From NCBI GenBank assembly GCA_913040915.1, contig CAJWHW010000016.1, positions 1 through 42,901 on the forward strand: 42,901 nt of DNA. Reading direction: 5' to 3'. A model generated the notes under the pieces. The model did not search any database and was not told the origin of the DNA. It saw nothing but the letters and a program-made list of their open reading frames with translations. The number at the start of each line of letters is the position of its first letter. Position 1 is the first letter of the stretch. Below, one piece after another: positions 30,691 through 41,325 of this stretch. Position numbers and translations under genes: made by a program. This DNA comes from an uncultured Fidelibacterota bacterium. Its GTDB lineage: Bacteria; Fidelibacterota; Marinisomatia; Marinisomatales; UBA1611.

Positions 30691-31255
30691 TAAATACTCC
30701 TTTGTTTAAGTTATTTACAATATTGATTAATTCTTCGGTAGCAAGCTTTATGTCTTCATTAATCATTATATGATCAAAGCGATCTTTATAACCCATTTCC
30801 TGCTCAAATCTCTGCAGACGGATTTCGATTCGTTTTTCTGAATCGGTTCCTCGTTTCAATAAACGCTCCCGCAAATGAGAAATACTCGGAGGAATAATGA
30901 AAATTGAATATGTGTTTTTATCATATAATTGTTTGATCCGGAGTGCTCCTTTGACATCCAATTCCAATAACATAGTTTGGTTATTATTAATTACATTTTG
31001 TAAAGAAGCTTTTGGGGTACCATAATAAAAACCATGAACATTTTCCCATTCCGCTAACTCTTGTTCTAAAATCAAACTCTCGAATTTATCAGGAGAAATA
31101 AAATTATAATCAATACCATCTATTTCTATAGACCTTTTTTCACGACTTGTATAGGATACAGACCATTCAATTTCAGAATTCACTTCTTGTAAAGCTTTAC
31201 ATAGAGTTGTTTTCCCTGAGCCAGATGGAGCTGATATAGTTATTAAATTTTTCAT
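30680..31255 (-). CDS. gmk: Guanylate kinase
   Basis: SAPSGSGKTT, SVSYTSR, DGIDYNF, YYGT, RGTDS. Confidence 0.97.
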   Translation of the reverse strand: MKNLITISAPSGSGKTTLCKALQEVNSEIEWSVSYTSREKRSIEIDGIDYNFISPDKFESLILEQELAEWENVHGFYYGTPKASLQNVINNNQTMLLELDVKGALRIKQLYDKNTYSIFIIPPSISHLRERLLKRGTDSEKRIEIRLQRFEQEMGYKDRFDHIMINEDIKLATEELINIVNNLNKGVFNGS

Positions 31256-32115
31256 TATAGAATATTCTGTGCCTGCTCGCGAATTTTTTCCAATTGGTCT
31301 TTAACCTCTACCACACAGTTAGTCACCTCTATTTGTGGACTTTTTGAACCTATAGTGTTTACTTCCCTTCCAATTTCTTGAATCAGGAAGTTAATCCGTT
31401 TTCCTACTGGCTCTTCTACAGTAAGATAAGATGATAATTGACTGAAGTGACTTTTACAGCGAACAATTTCTTCTGTAACATCTACACGTTCATTGAGAAA
31501 AGCTACTTCCTGAATAAGTCTTAATTCATCTACATCTTCACCTTCTAAAAGATCAGAAATTTTTTGGCGCATCATAGATTGTTTTTCGGCACTAAATTTT
31601 GCAGATATTTTTTGTATTTCTTCCATACTTTTTTGAAGTTTTTCAATACGTAGTTTGATGTCATCCTGTATCTGATTCCCTTCTTTAACTCTCATCTGCG
31701 TGACTTGGTTAAGTGCTAATTCTACAGCTTTAACTACTGTATTTGATTTCAAAGTTTCTGATTCTTCAGCAATTAATAAATCATTTGTTGAAATAATATC
31801 ACTAAGACTTAATCGTTGTCCGTAGTCAACATGAATCTTTTTTAATATCTCCTTAATCATTTCAAAGCGAGCTTTATTAAAACTTATCTTTGGGAAATCT
31901 TGTGAAGATTTTAACTCGATACGTAATTGCACATTACCTCGTTGGAGTGATGATTCGGCCAAATTTCGTACTTTTTTCTCGATTGTTGGGTCGAGTCCAA
32001 AACCACGTATTTTCAATTCAAGAAACCGTGAATTTACAGTACGAATTTCCACATCAATTCTGCTGGGGCCGCGACCTGCAGATCCACGACCAAATCCTGT
32101 CATACTTTTAATCAT
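31255..32115 (-). CDS. yicC: YicC/YloC family endoribonuclease
   Basis: MIKSMTGFG, VNSRFL, DVTEEI.R, GKRINFLIQEIGREVNTIGSK, REQAQN. Confidence 0.96.
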   Translation of the reverse strand: MIKSMTGFGRGSAGRGPSRIDVEIRTVNSRFLELKIRGFGLDPTIEKKVRNLAESSLQRGNVQLRIELKSSQDFPKISFNKARFEMIKEILKKIHVDYGQRLSLSDIISTNDLLIAEESETLKSNTVVKAVELALNQVTQMRVKEGNQIQDDIKLRIEKLQKSMEEIQKISAKFSAEKQSMMRQKISDLLEGEDVDELRLIQEVAFLNERVDVTEEIVRCKSHFSQLSSYLTVEEPVGKRINFLIQEIGREVNTIGSKSPQIEVTNCVVEVKDQLEKIREQAQNIL

Positions 32116-32222
32116 TATTTAGTTTAGGGGTAAAGCCTTTGAAATTAAAGATTTATGAGAATAGTATCCAAGGATGTTAATAAAGTAATAGGTCCAGTAA
32201 ATCTAAAAATAAATTGATTGCA

Positions 32223-33308
32223 CTACTGGAGTTTTATGAGTTTTTCTTTTATCCAATCCATTTCTACATTTAATGTTATTAAATGATGATGCCCTAAATT
32301 ATTGTTTTGAGAAGATAAAAAAGCATAATCAATACCGAAACCTGTCCAATGCATACCTATTCCTCCAGTAGAGTTTCCAATTTCATTTTGACCGATTCTA
32401 ATATAGAATTTATCTTTAATAATCCCTTCAATTCCAAATGAACCATCTAATGAAAATGGCCCAAAACCTAATTGAGAATCCAAATGACGATTCGATGTGG
32501 AGAAATCAAAACTAAACATGGAATGAAGTTTTAGTGGGAGTTTGGTTAATTCAAGTGGTCGATGAACTCCAATTGATACTGTAGGTGTAGTGCCTTCCAC
32601 AGTACCATTATCCCATATGAGCCCAGATGCAGGTAAATTTCTAGTAACAATACCAATACTAGTCCCTTTTACTTGTTTTATAATTCCAATATCAATCCCC
32701 ACCCCAATGGCAAAATATTTATCGAGTGAATAAGATAAAATTTTAAATCCTATGCCAACCGGTATATTTTGAATAGAGTTGGTAAATGAGCTATGCACGC
32801 CAATTTGATGTTGACTAAAAAACCGTAATTGGTCAGCATCAAGTCTTTCACCTTCATCCAATATACCATTTCCTTCTCCAGCATCATTTGTACCAAACTG
32901 CCCATCATTACCCCAATCAAGTAGCATACTACGGGTATCTGGGATTTGCCCAATTCCTTCATACAAAATATTAAATTGTAATACTTTATCTTTGCGTTTG
33001 ATTGGAAAACTAATCAAATCATTATTAAATATTCCTGCATATCTGGATTGGTGTGATAATGTTATTCTTTGAGAAGGCGCAGATGAAAAAATTGGATTGT
33101 TTAATGAAGTCGTTGGCCACTCATAATTATAAGCTGTCGTCGCATTTCCCAATGATGCAGTTCTGGCATCTATTACATTTTCAAATAACTCCCAACCATA
33201 TTTTGCCCAATAACCCTCCGTATAAACAAATGTAGAAAATAAAAGATACAAAATAAAATTTTGTTTATTTCTTTTTATTCTATAGATCGTGTTCTTTTTT
33301 AAGCCCAT
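32223..33308 (-). CDS. PorV/PorQ-like outer-membrane beta-barrel protein (putative)
   Basis: Signal peptide; AKYG.ELF...DAR..SLGNA N-terminus, NP, GVGIDIG, IDYAF...LG.HH.I C-terminus; start codon uncertain. Confidence 0.6.
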   Translation of the reverse strand: MGLKKNTIYRIKRNKQNFILYLLFSTFVYTEGYWAKYGWELFENVIDARTASLGNATTAYNYEWPTTSLNNPIFSSAPSQRITLSHQSRYAGIFNNDLISFPIKRKDKVLQFNILYEGIGQIPDTRSMLLDWGNDGQFGTNDAGEGNGILDEGERLDADQLRFFSQHQIGVHSSFTNSIQNIPVGIGFKILSYSLDKYFAIGVGIDIGIIKQVKGTSIGIVTRNLPASGLIWDNGTVEGTTPTVSIGVHRPLELTKLPLKLHSMFSFDFSTSNRHLDSQLGFGPFSLDGSFGIEGIIKDKFYIRIGQNEIGNSTGGIGMHWTGFGIDYAFLSSQNNNLGHHHLITLNVEMDWIKEKLIKLQ

Positions 33309-35877
33309 CTAATACTTTAAGTGCTTCCAATGGTGTCATATTATTCAAATCTAATTCATCTAATTTTTTTCTTATTTTAAATTCCTGTTCCTGGAAAACT
33401 GTTATTTGATTGGACTGCTGGATGGGTGTAAAAGTTCCACTTTTATCTGCTGATTGCTCAATATGGTGATTTAAAATTTCTGTTGCTCTGTGGATTATAG
33501 AAATGGGTAATCCAGCCATTTGGGCTACATGAATACCATAACTTTTATCACCTGAACCTTTTGCAATCGATCTTAGAAAAATAATTTTATCACCGAACTC
33601 TTTCACTTCAACATGATGATTTTCAACTCGATCTAACATTCCCTCCAAATCCGTGAGCTCATGGTAATGGGTTGCAAAGAGTGTACGGGCATTCATATCT
33701 TCCATTTCATGTAAATATTCGGTAATAGCCCAAGCAAGAGATAAACCATCAAAAGTTGCTGTTCCCCGGCCAATCTCATCCAATAGAATTAAACTACTTT
33801 TTGTAGCATTATTCAGAATATTTGCGGCTTCATTCATCTCCACCAGAAAAGTACTCTCTCCACCAGCAAGATTATCACTGGCCCCTACACGCGTGAACAG
33901 TCGATCAACAAGTCCAATCGTGGCAGATTTAGCAGGAACAAAACTTCCAATTTGTGCCATTAAAGTGATGAGTCCAATTTGCCGTAAATATGTTGATTTC
34001 CCGGCCATGTTAGGACCGGTAATCAAATGAATTTGATTTTTTTTTGAATGGATAATTAAATCATTTGGAATGAATTTTTCAGTTGATGCCAGCAATTGTT
34101 CCACTACTGGATGCCTACCTTGTTCAATTTCTAATAAGGGCTCTTTTGACAATTTTGGTCGGGAATATTTTTGACTAAGAGCTTGAGCCGCAAATCCAGC
34201 AAGTAAATCCATTCTATTGATTGATTTTGCATTTGTATGAATAAGACTTATATTATCCAATAAATAGTCACATAATTCTGAAAATATTTTAGATTCAATG
34301 GAAAATATTTTTTCTTCAGCATTCAAGACTTTTTCTTCGTACTCCTTCAATTCTTCTGTTATATAACGTTCTGAGTTAACCAAAGTCTGTTTTCGAATTA
34401 AATGTTCAGGTACTTTTTCTTGATGTACTTTACTCACTTCAATATAATATCCAAAAACTTTATTGAATCCCACTTTGAGTTTTGGGATATCTAATTCTTC
34501 TCTTAATGATTCTTGAAAATTATCAATCCAATCTTTACCGGTTTTAAGCAGTGATCTTAATTCATCCAATTTTGAATCAACGCCATCACATATAACATTT
34601 CCCATCTTTATCTGAATTGGCGTGTCTTTGTTTATAGTATCGAATACCTTTTTAACAATTTCACTAGTATCTAAAAATGATTTTGAAAAAGTAGATAAGT
34701 TTAGATCACCAGTTTTTTTCAGTTCCTTTTGGTAATCATTAATCTTATGTAATGCTAGAGCCAACCCAACCAAATCGCGGGGAGAAGACTTGCCTTGATT
34801 TACTTTTCCCAAAATTCTTTCAATATCGACTGTTTTTGACAGGTCTCTTTGTATTACTTTGAGTGTTCGTTGATGATTTTTGAATGATTCAACCAGATCA
34901 AGTCGAGATTCGATTCTATTCTTATCTATTAACGGGTTATGAAGCCAGCGACGAAGAAGTCGACCACCTCCTGGCGTTTGGGTTTTATCAATGCAATCTA
35001 CTAGTGTGCCATGAGTCCCCTGATTTGTTAAGGATTGAAAAACCTCTAAGTTTCGGATCGTAAATTCATCAAGACCCATTGTATCTTTGTTTCTGATAGG
35101 AGTTAATTTTGAAACATGATCCAAGGATAAACTTAAATTTTCTTTTATATGATGCATTAGCGCACCACCGGCAGTAATACCTGCACGCATTTCATGGCAT
35201 CCAAATCCTTTTAAAGAATTCAAATTAAAGTGCCGTGCCATAGAGCTATAAGCACTCTCATAATCATATATCCAATCTTCAATTTGTGTAATAAATGGAT
35301 GAAATTGCTTATACCATTCAGTAGTTGAATAAACTACACCTTCACCTAAGATTACTTCATTCGGTGAAAATTTGATAAAATAGTCCTTCATTTGGTTTAA
35401 TAAAGTCTCCCCAATATGGAATTCACCAGTGGAAGGGTCAAGGAATGCAAGCCCAACGATGTTTTTTTCATAAAATATAGAACCAATATAACGATTTGAT
35501 TTTTTGCTTAGTGCTTGATCACTGGTAAGGGTACCAGGTGTAACCACTTCAATAACTTCACGTTTTACAATACCCTTTGCCAATTTAGGGTCTTCAACCT
35601 GTTCACATATAGCTACACGATGCCCTGCCTTCACTAATTTTGGTAAATAATTATCCAGGGCATGGTATGGAAAACCGGCTAGGTCTACATCAGCAGCTTT
35701 ACCATTTGCGCGTTTGGTTAAAACAATGCCCAATATTTTAGCTGTAATTTCAGCATCTTCCAGAAATGTTTCATAGAAATCACCCATGCGAAATAATACC
35801 AAAGCATCCTTATATTGAGATTTCACTTCAAAGAATTGTTTCATAACAGGAGTTTGAGCTACATTATCCTTAACCAT
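33280..35877 (-). CDS. mutS: DNA mismatch repair protein MutS
   Basis: FRMGDFYE, GRHPVVE, TGPNMAGKSTY, DEIGRGT, FATHYHEL, SYGIHVA; start at MVKDN with AAGGAG RBS. Confidence 0.98.
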   Translation of the reverse strand: MVKDNVAQTPVMKQFFEVKSQYKDALVLFRMGDFYETFLEDAEITAKILGIVLTKRANGKAADVDLAGFPYHALDNYLPKLVKAGHRVAICEQVEDPKLAKGIVKREVIEVVTPGTLTSDQALSKKSNRYIGSIFYEKNIVGLAFLDPSTGEFHIGETLLNQMKDYFIKFSPNEVILGEGVVYSTTEWYKQFHPFITQIEDWIYDYESAYSSMARHFNLNSLKGFGCHEMRAGITAGGALMHHIKENLSLSLDHVSKLTPIRNKDTMGLDEFTIRNLEVFQSLTNQGTHGTLVDCIDKTQTPGGGRLLRRWLHNPLIDKNRIESRLDLVESFKNHQRTLKVIQRDLSKTVDIERILGKVNQGKSSPRDLVGLALALHKINDYQKELKKTGDLNLSTFSKSFLDTSEIVKKVFDTINKDTPIQIKMGNVICDGVDSKLDELRSLLKTGKDWIDNFQESLREELDIPKLKVGFNKVFGYYIEVSKVHQEKVPEHLIRKQTLVNSERYITEELKEYEEKVLNAEEKIFSIESKIFSELCDYLLDNISLIHTNAKSINRMDLLAGFAAQALSQKYSRPKLSKEPLLEIEQGRHPVVEQLLASTEKFIPNDLIIHSKKNQIHLITGPNMAGKSTYLRQIGLITLMAQIGSFVPAKSATIGLVDRLFTRVGASDNLAGGESTFLVEMNEAANILNNATKSSLILLDEIGRGTATFDGLSLAWAITEYLHEMEDMNARTLFATHYHELTDLEGMLDRVENHHVEVKEFGDKIIFLRSIAKGSGDKSYGIHVAQMAGLPISIIHRATEILNHHIEQSADKSGTFTPIQQSNQITVFQEQEFKIRKKLDELDLNNMTPLEALKVLDGLKKEHDL

Positions 35878-37735
35878 CAAATGCATCTCCTTTGTAACGT
35901 ACATTTTCTTTTCGTACAGTAAATTGTTTTTTGTCTAAATATTCTAACAAAGGAATCGCAGTTTTTCGGGATAAGTTAGTTATATCTTTAAAATCGGTTA
36001 CTGAAAGATGTATATTAGACTGAAAATAATTTTGAATGTCCTGAATTAATTTGTCTAAAATAAAACGATCCATCCAAAAATTCTTACCAAGATTTTCTAT
36101 TTCATTCTTTTCATGCAATAAATGAACCAAGTCTCCAACACGATTGGGATTGAAGCCAGAAACTCCTGAGATATCTTTTAATAAAATAGGTTCAATGCCT
36201 GATCTTGTAATAAGGGATTTAATAATTTTTAAATCTTCAATATCACTTGCTGAAAATTCAGGTTTAAAGCTATTTAGTGAATAGCCTCCCTGCTTTAATA
36301 TCAATTTATTACTCTTCGTTAATCTTTTTATCACAAATTTGAGCCATTCTTCTGACCATTTCAATTTAGCTAAAATTCCTTCTGAACTGATTATGGTTCG
36401 GAATGGATTTTTCTGATATGAGATTTTAAAAAAATTAATCAGTTCTGATTGACTTTTTTCAAATCCACTTTTTGTATACAAAAGTTCATTTTCATTTTCA
36501 TAAATATTCAATTCCTTAATCCATTTAGCCAATATTTCAGCTGATATAAAAAATAAAGATCCCCAGTCATTTTTCATTTTTGGTGTTTTCCAATTATCAT
36601 CAATCAGAAATAGAAATCTTTCTTTTGGACTATATGGTAATTTCTGAGCAAAGGATTTCAATTCTGACCATTTCCCGAATGGGTTTGGATCTAGAACTAA
36701 TCCACCAGCGATTGTTTCCAAGGGAGAATAAGAACGTATTACAAATTTATCATCCATGGCAACGGCAATAGGTGATTCTAGGTCAATAATAAAGTTTTTT
36801 GATTGTCCACTTTCTATTTTTTCCCCGAAACATCGTCCCAAGACTTCTGATGTACCAAAATGAAATCGGAGTCGCTGTTTATTTTTGACTGCCCATTGTG
36901 TTGATTTTGTCATTTTTATATGTGCAATAATTCTTATTGTTGATCTTAAGGATTTTGGTGTAGCAATAACTGTCCCACGGCTTAAATCGTAGGACTTTAC
37001 ATTTGCAAGATTCAATGCAGCACGGTCTCCTGTTTCTGCTTTATCTACGATACCACCATGTGTCTGAATACCACGAATTTTAGTTTTTAGACCATTAGGA
37101 AAAATTTCCACATCTGTTCCATTTTTCACTTCACCACTTATAATAGTCCCTGTTACAACGGTACCAAATCCGGTTTTTGAAAAAAACCGGTCAACATTTA
37201 ATCGAAATTGTGATGATCTTGATATAGCTTTATGCTTATTAGCTAAAGTTTGAATGTCAATTTTTAAAGATTCAATTCCATCACCGGTTAAGTTGTTAAT
37301 CCTATGAACTATAGTGAAATCGAACCCATATATTTCTAACAATTCAGTAATATCTAATTCAACCAAATCAATCCATTCTCGATCCTCTATTAAATCAATT
37401 TTCGTAAGAGCGACACAGCCTTTGTTAACACCAAGAAGAGTTAAAATTTCTATATGCTCTATTGTTTGGGGCATTATACCATCATCTGCTGCAATAACGA
37501 TTAATCCAAAATGAATATTTGCTGCACCAGCTGCCATATTGCGAATAAATTTTTCGTGTCCAGGAACATCAATAATTGTAATTGATTCGTTTAGATAAGC
37601 AAATCCAAGGTCAATCGTCATTCCTCGTTTTTTTTCTTGTTCTAAACAATCTGTATTTGTCCCAGTAAGGGCTTTAACCAACGATGTTTTACCATGGTCA
37701 ATATGTCCGGAAGTCCCTACTACAACCTGCGACAT
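35870..37735 (-). CDS. selB: Selenocysteine-specific elongation factor
   Basis: [32 protein letters not shown]-terminal winged-helix [13 protein letters not shown]. Confidence 0.96.
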   Translation of the reverse strand: MSQVVVGTSGHIDHGKTSLVKALTGTNTDCLEQEKKRGMTIDLGFAYLNESITIIDVPGHEKFIRNMAAGAANIHFGLIVIAADDGIMPQTIEHIEILTLLGVNKGCVALTKIDLIEDREWIDLVELDITELLEIYGFDFTIVHRINNLTGDGIESLKIDIQTLANKHKAISRSSQFRLNVDRFFSKTGFGTVVTGTIISGEVKNGTDVEIFPNGLKTKIRGIQTHGGIVDKAETGDRAALNLANVKSYDLSRGTVIATPKSLRSTIRIIAHIKMTKSTQWAVKNKQRLRFHFGTSEVLGRCFGEKIESGQSKNFIIDLESPIAVAMDDKFVIRSYSPLETIAGGLVLDPNPFGKWSELKSFAQKLPYSPKERFLFLIDDNWKTPKMKNDWGSLFFISAEILAKWIKELNIYENENELLYTKSGFEKSQSELINFFKISYQKNPFRTIISSEGILAKLKWSEEWLKFVIKRLTKSNKLILKQGGYSLNSFKPEFSASDIEDLKIIKSLITRSGIEPILLKDISGVSGFNPNRVGDLVHLLHEKNEIENLGKNFWMDRFILDKLIQDIQNYFQSNIHLSVTDFKDITNLSRKTAIPLLEYLDKKQFTVRKENVRYKGDAFDG

Positions 37736-37737
37736 TA

Positions 37738-39105
37738 TCAGATCTCCTGAATAGCTTTTACAAGGCGCTTGAGTTGATTGGGTAACACTGCTTTTAAATC
37801 AATGAAGTATATATTGCCCTTGATAAAACCCACTACTGGAATCGAACCGCAGCGAAAAGCAGTTGCAAGATCTTTTACTTTTCCACTTTTAGGAGAAAAT
37901 GCCAAAGTAGCACTTTCAATTTTATTTTCAGGTAGGGATCCACTCCCTGCTTCAACTTCAGAATCAGTCAGATGTATGCCTAATTGCTTAATTTTTGATT
38001 TGGATAATTGATTCAAGATCTTTTTTCCTCGATTTATCAAAACCTTCCTTGATGTAGTCAAAAGGGAGAGAGCTAAATTATTTTTTGCAAAGGAGTTCTT
38101 ACGATAAGAACGTAATGTTTCTTCCAACAATCCAATGGTTATTTTATCACATCTAATGACACGATATAGTGGATTTTTCTTACACGCATCAACCCATTTT
38201 TTCTTACCGACAATTAACCCCGATTGCGGCCCTCCCAGTAATTTATCACCAGAAAATGTGATTATATCGGGTCCACTTTTAACGATATATTTTACTGGAA
38301 TTTCATCAGCAATCCCTAGAGAATTCATATCTAATAATGCACCGCTTCCTAAATCTGCCATAACAGGAATTTTATACTTTTTACCAAGATAAACCAACCT
38401 GTCTAAATCAACATCTTTAGTAAAACCTTTTACAACATAATTACTAGTATGGACCCAAAGTATCAGTTTTGTCTTTTTTGATATGGCATTTTCGTAATCA
38501 TTCAAATGAGTACGATTTGTGGTGCCCACTCCTTTTAAAACTGCTCCACTTTTTTCAATAATATCGGGGATTCTAAATGATCCTCCAATTTCCACCATTT
38601 GCCCTCGAGAACAAATCACTTCGCCACTATCAGCCACTTGGTTTAAAGCTAAGAAGACTGCTGCTGCATTATTATTTACAGCTATAGCATGTTCGCTGTT
38701 GCAAATGGATGCAATTTGTTCTGAAATAAAAATTTGCCGATCACCTCGTTTTCCAGACTCTAAATCAAACTCGAGATTAATGTATCCGTCCAAACGATCT
38801 GCCAATTTTTTCAACAGAGTTCCCTTAAAAGGCGCTCTACCAAAACCAGTATGAAGGACAATACCAGTACCATTGATTACATTTACCAACTTAGGTGAAG
38901 CTTGAAGTAAAACTTGAGTAATGATAAAATTTAATAATTCATCCTTTGTTTTGTTGAGTTGGCCTGCTTTGATTTTAGACCGTATTTGCGACAATTCATT
39001 ATTAATTAAATATTTTATATAACTTTCATGATGGATGTTATATCTATTTATCTCTAGTAATACTTGATGAACTGATGGACAATCTTTTAGTGTCGATGTT
39101 TTCAT
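37738..39105 (-). CDS. selA: L-seryl-tRNA(Sec) selenium transferase
   Basis: [49 protein letters not shown] (PLP lysine). Confidence 0.97.
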   Translation of the reverse strand: MKTSTLKDCPSVHQVLLEINRYNIHHESYIKYLINNELSQIRSKIKAGQLNKTKDELLNFIITQVLLQASPKLVNVINGTGIVLHTGFGRAPFKGTLLKKLADRLDGYINLEFDLESGKRGDRQIFISEQIASICNSEHAIAVNNNAAAVFLALNQVADSGEVICSRGQMVEIGGSFRIPDIIEKSGAVLKGVGTTNRTHLNDYENAISKKTKLILWVHTSNYVVKGFTKDVDLDRLVYLGKKYKIPVMADLGSGALLDMNSLGIADEIPVKYIVKSGPDIITFSGDKLLGGPQSGLIVGKKKWVDACKKNPLYRVIRCDKITIGLLEETLRSYRKNSFAKNNLALSLLTTSRKVLINRGKKILNQLSKSKIKQLGIHLTDSEVEAGSGSLPENKIESATLAFSPKSGKVKDLATAFRCGSIPVVGFIKGNIYFIDLKAVLPNQLKRLVKAIQEI

Positions 39106-39140
39106 TTGGGATGTAAAGTTCTAAAGATTATGTGTTCCAT

Positions 39141-39414
39141 TCAAGCAGTTTGATTTATACGTAGAATAAATAACCATCCTAATAAACCGGGAGTTAGAGT
39201 GATTGCCATTACTGTAACAACCATTTAAAAAGTATAATAGGTAGCCAATGCTATCCATCCTATTACAAAGCTTAAAAAAAAACTAATACTATACCCCAAG
39301 TTAAATTGGTAGTGAAACACTAATAGCAAAGCTGGGAAGAGCATAATTTGTGCACTTATAAGCCAGGTGAGATAGGGCAGTTATACCGAACACGATTCTA
39401 TTCTCTTGATTCAT
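39141..39414 (-). pseudogene. Decayed, internally deleted membrane transporter (MFS-like) remnant
   Basis: ATG 39414 MNQENRIVFGITALSHLA, one extra base near 39360, then AQIMLFPALLLVFHYQFNLGYSISFFLSFVIGWIALATYYTF, stop at 39225-39227, MVVTVMAITLTPGLLGWLFILRINQTA, stop at 39141. Confidence 0.55.
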
Positions 39415-39419
39415 ACACT

Positions 39420-39460
39420 AAAAAGCCCCTGCCGTAAACAATCGTTTTCGGAGGGGCTTC
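39420..39460 (-). terminator. Intrinsic terminator after rplS
   Basis: Minus strand AAGCCCCT-CCGAAAACGATTGTTTACGGC-AGGGGCTT then TTT. Confidence 0.8.
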
Positions 39461-39479
39461 AGAAGAATTTTTTATAAAA

Positions 39480-39827
39480 TTATCGTTTTTCTTCTATACG
39501 TGCTGCTTTAGAGCCCGTAACATTTTTTAAATAATTCAGTTTTGCACGACGAACCTTACCCCGGCGTTTCACATCAATTGAAGCGATCATGGGTGAATGG
39601 AGCGGAAAAATCCGTTCCACACCAATCCCATTTGTTACTTTCCGAACAGTAAAGGACGCGTCCAAAGATGACCCACCATGACGAGCAATTACAACCCCTT
39701 CATATCGCTGAATCCGTTCCTTATTCCCTTCACGAACACGGACATCAATTCCCACTGTATCCCCAGAATCAAATTCCGGAATATCAGTTTTTAAAAATTC
39801 CTTTGTTGCTTCATATACCTTATTCAT
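39480..39827 (-). CDS. rplS: 50S ribosomal protein L19
   Basis: [42 protein letters not shown]. Confidence 0.98.
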   Translation of the reverse strand: MNKVYEATKEFLKTDIPEFDSGDTVGIDVRVREGNKERIQRYEGVVIARHGGSSLDASFTVRKVTNGIGVERIFPLHSPMIASIDVKRRGKVRRAKLNYLKNVTGSKAARIEEKR

Positions 39828-40546
39828 TCTTTTTTCTCCATTTCTTTCAAATTTTTATATTTTTCCCAGAGATCAGGTCTTTTTTGTTTTGTTTGATTCT
39901 CTTTTTGCTTCTTTCTCCAGGCGTTAATTTTTGCATGGTGACCACCAGTTAAAATATCCGGTACAACCATCCCATCTAATTCCCGGGGTTGGGAATAATG
40001 CGGATGATCCAATAAATTTTGTGAAAATGAATCAGTTAAAGCTGAATCTAAATTATTCAATGTCCCAGGTATAAGCCTGACTGCACTGTCTAACATCACC
40101 ATGGCAGGTATCTCTCCATTCGTCATAACAAAATCACCCAAGGAATATTCATGAGTTACGTATTTCTCGATGACTCTCTCATCAATTCCTTTGTAATGTC
40201 CACAAATGACAATAAGTTTTTGCTGCTGGCTTGTTTCTTCAGCCATTTGTTGATTCCACACTTTACCTTGCGGTGAAGGATAAATCACCTGTACATTTCC
40301 AGGACCGCCAACTAATTCCAGGGCACATTCAATAGCCTTGAAAAGAGGACCAGCCATCATGACCATCCCACTACCTCCACCATATGGCGCATCATCGATT
40401 TGTCGATAATTACCCTTTCCAAAATCTCTGAGATTGACCAAGTGGAATTCCACAACATCTTTCTCTACAGCTTTCCGAAGAATACTGTTTTGAATCAGGG
40501 TGTCAATAACATCTGGTACAGGGGTTATGACAGCAATTATTGTCAA
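39824..40546 (-). CDS. trmD: tRNA (guanine37-N1)-methyltransferase (TTG start)
   Basis: [39 protein letters not shown]. Confidence 0.96.
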   Translation of the reverse strand: MTIIAVITPVPDVIDTLIQNSILRKAVEKDVVEFHLVNLRDFGKGNYRQIDDAPYGGGSGMVMMAGPLFKAIECALELVGGPGNVQVIYPSPQGKVWNQQMAEETSQQQKLIVICGHYKGIDERVIEKYVTHEYSLGDFVMTNGEIPAMVMLDSAVRLIPGTLNNLDSALTDSFSQNLLDHPHYSQPRELDGMVVPDILTGGHHAKINAWRKKQKENQTKQKRPDLWEKYKNLKEMEKKE

Positions 40547-41046
40547 TCCAGTAGACCATCCATTAGTGTGATCACTATGATACCGGCTTCATGATCAATC
40601 CCTTTTACCACTTCAGAAATCACAGGAATTAAGTACTCTTTTCCATCATTTTTGATCACGTAAGCATCATTACCGGGCAACCACATTACATCTTTCAAAG
40701 TACCGATCAATTCACCAGATTGAGCGAAAATCTTATAGCCTAACAGATCCTTTGCAATTAGATTGATTCCATCTTCCAATGTCGCTTCAATAAAAATAGT
40801 TTGACCAACGATTTTTTCAGCATCTATAAGCGAATTAACCCCTTCAAATTTGAATCGTCTTTTTTTGCCCATACCCTTAATTACTTCCAAACGAATATCT
40901 TCAGACGCATCGGGGGAAAACCCCAACATCAAGTTTTTTTCTTCGATATATTCATCGAAATATCGTGTAAGTGGCCTCAAACGAACATCTCCCATCAATC
41001 CTGAAGTTTTAGTAATGGTCGCAATAGGATGGACACGGTTTCTCAT
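40543..41046 (-). CDS. rimM: 16S rRNA processing protein RimM
   Basis: Between khpA and trmD; GL.G.V, PRC barrel DLLG...NDAYVI...EYLIP. Confidence 0.9.
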   Translation of the reverse strand: MRNRVHPIATITKTSGLMGDVRLRPLTRYFDEYIEEKNLMLGFSPDASEDIRLEVIKGMGKKRRFKFEGVNSLIDAEKIVGQTIFIEATLEDGINLIAKDLLGYKIFAQSGELIGTLKDVMWLPGNDAYVIKNDGKEYLIPVISEVVKGIDHEAGIIVITLMDGLLD

Positions 41047-41280
41047 TTAATCAATAACATCCAAACGAGCACGTTTTCCACCCTGTTTTGCATTGATTGC
41101 AAAAACTAATGTTCTCAAAGCTGAAATATTCCGTCCGCTCTTACCGATCACTTTGCCGTAATCACCTTCGCCGACAGTTAATTCATATATGAGTCGTTGC
41201 TCTGTTTCAACGATGTCAACTTTAACTTCATCCGGTTTATCAACCAAGAGTTTTACTGCCTGTTCAATGAACTCTAACAT
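41047..41280 (-). CDS. khpA: KH-domain RNA-binding protein KhpA
   Basis: LVDKPDEV, GKVIGKSGRNI; GGAGG RBS before MLEF. Confidence 0.92.
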   Translation of the reverse strand: MLEFIEQAVKLLVDKPDEVKVDIVETEQRLIYELTVGEGDYGKVIGKSGRNISALRTLVFAINAKQGGKRARLDVID

Positions 41281-41325
41281 ATCATCCTCCATGTTTCTAA
41301 CTGATAGTAAATTCTAATAAATTTT

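Noticed and set aside
39106..39479. Possible tRNA-Sec (selC) or 5' SECIS-like element upstream of selA
   Set aside because: No cloverleaf or TCA anticodon arm is visible; the region is better explained as a pseudogene plus terminator
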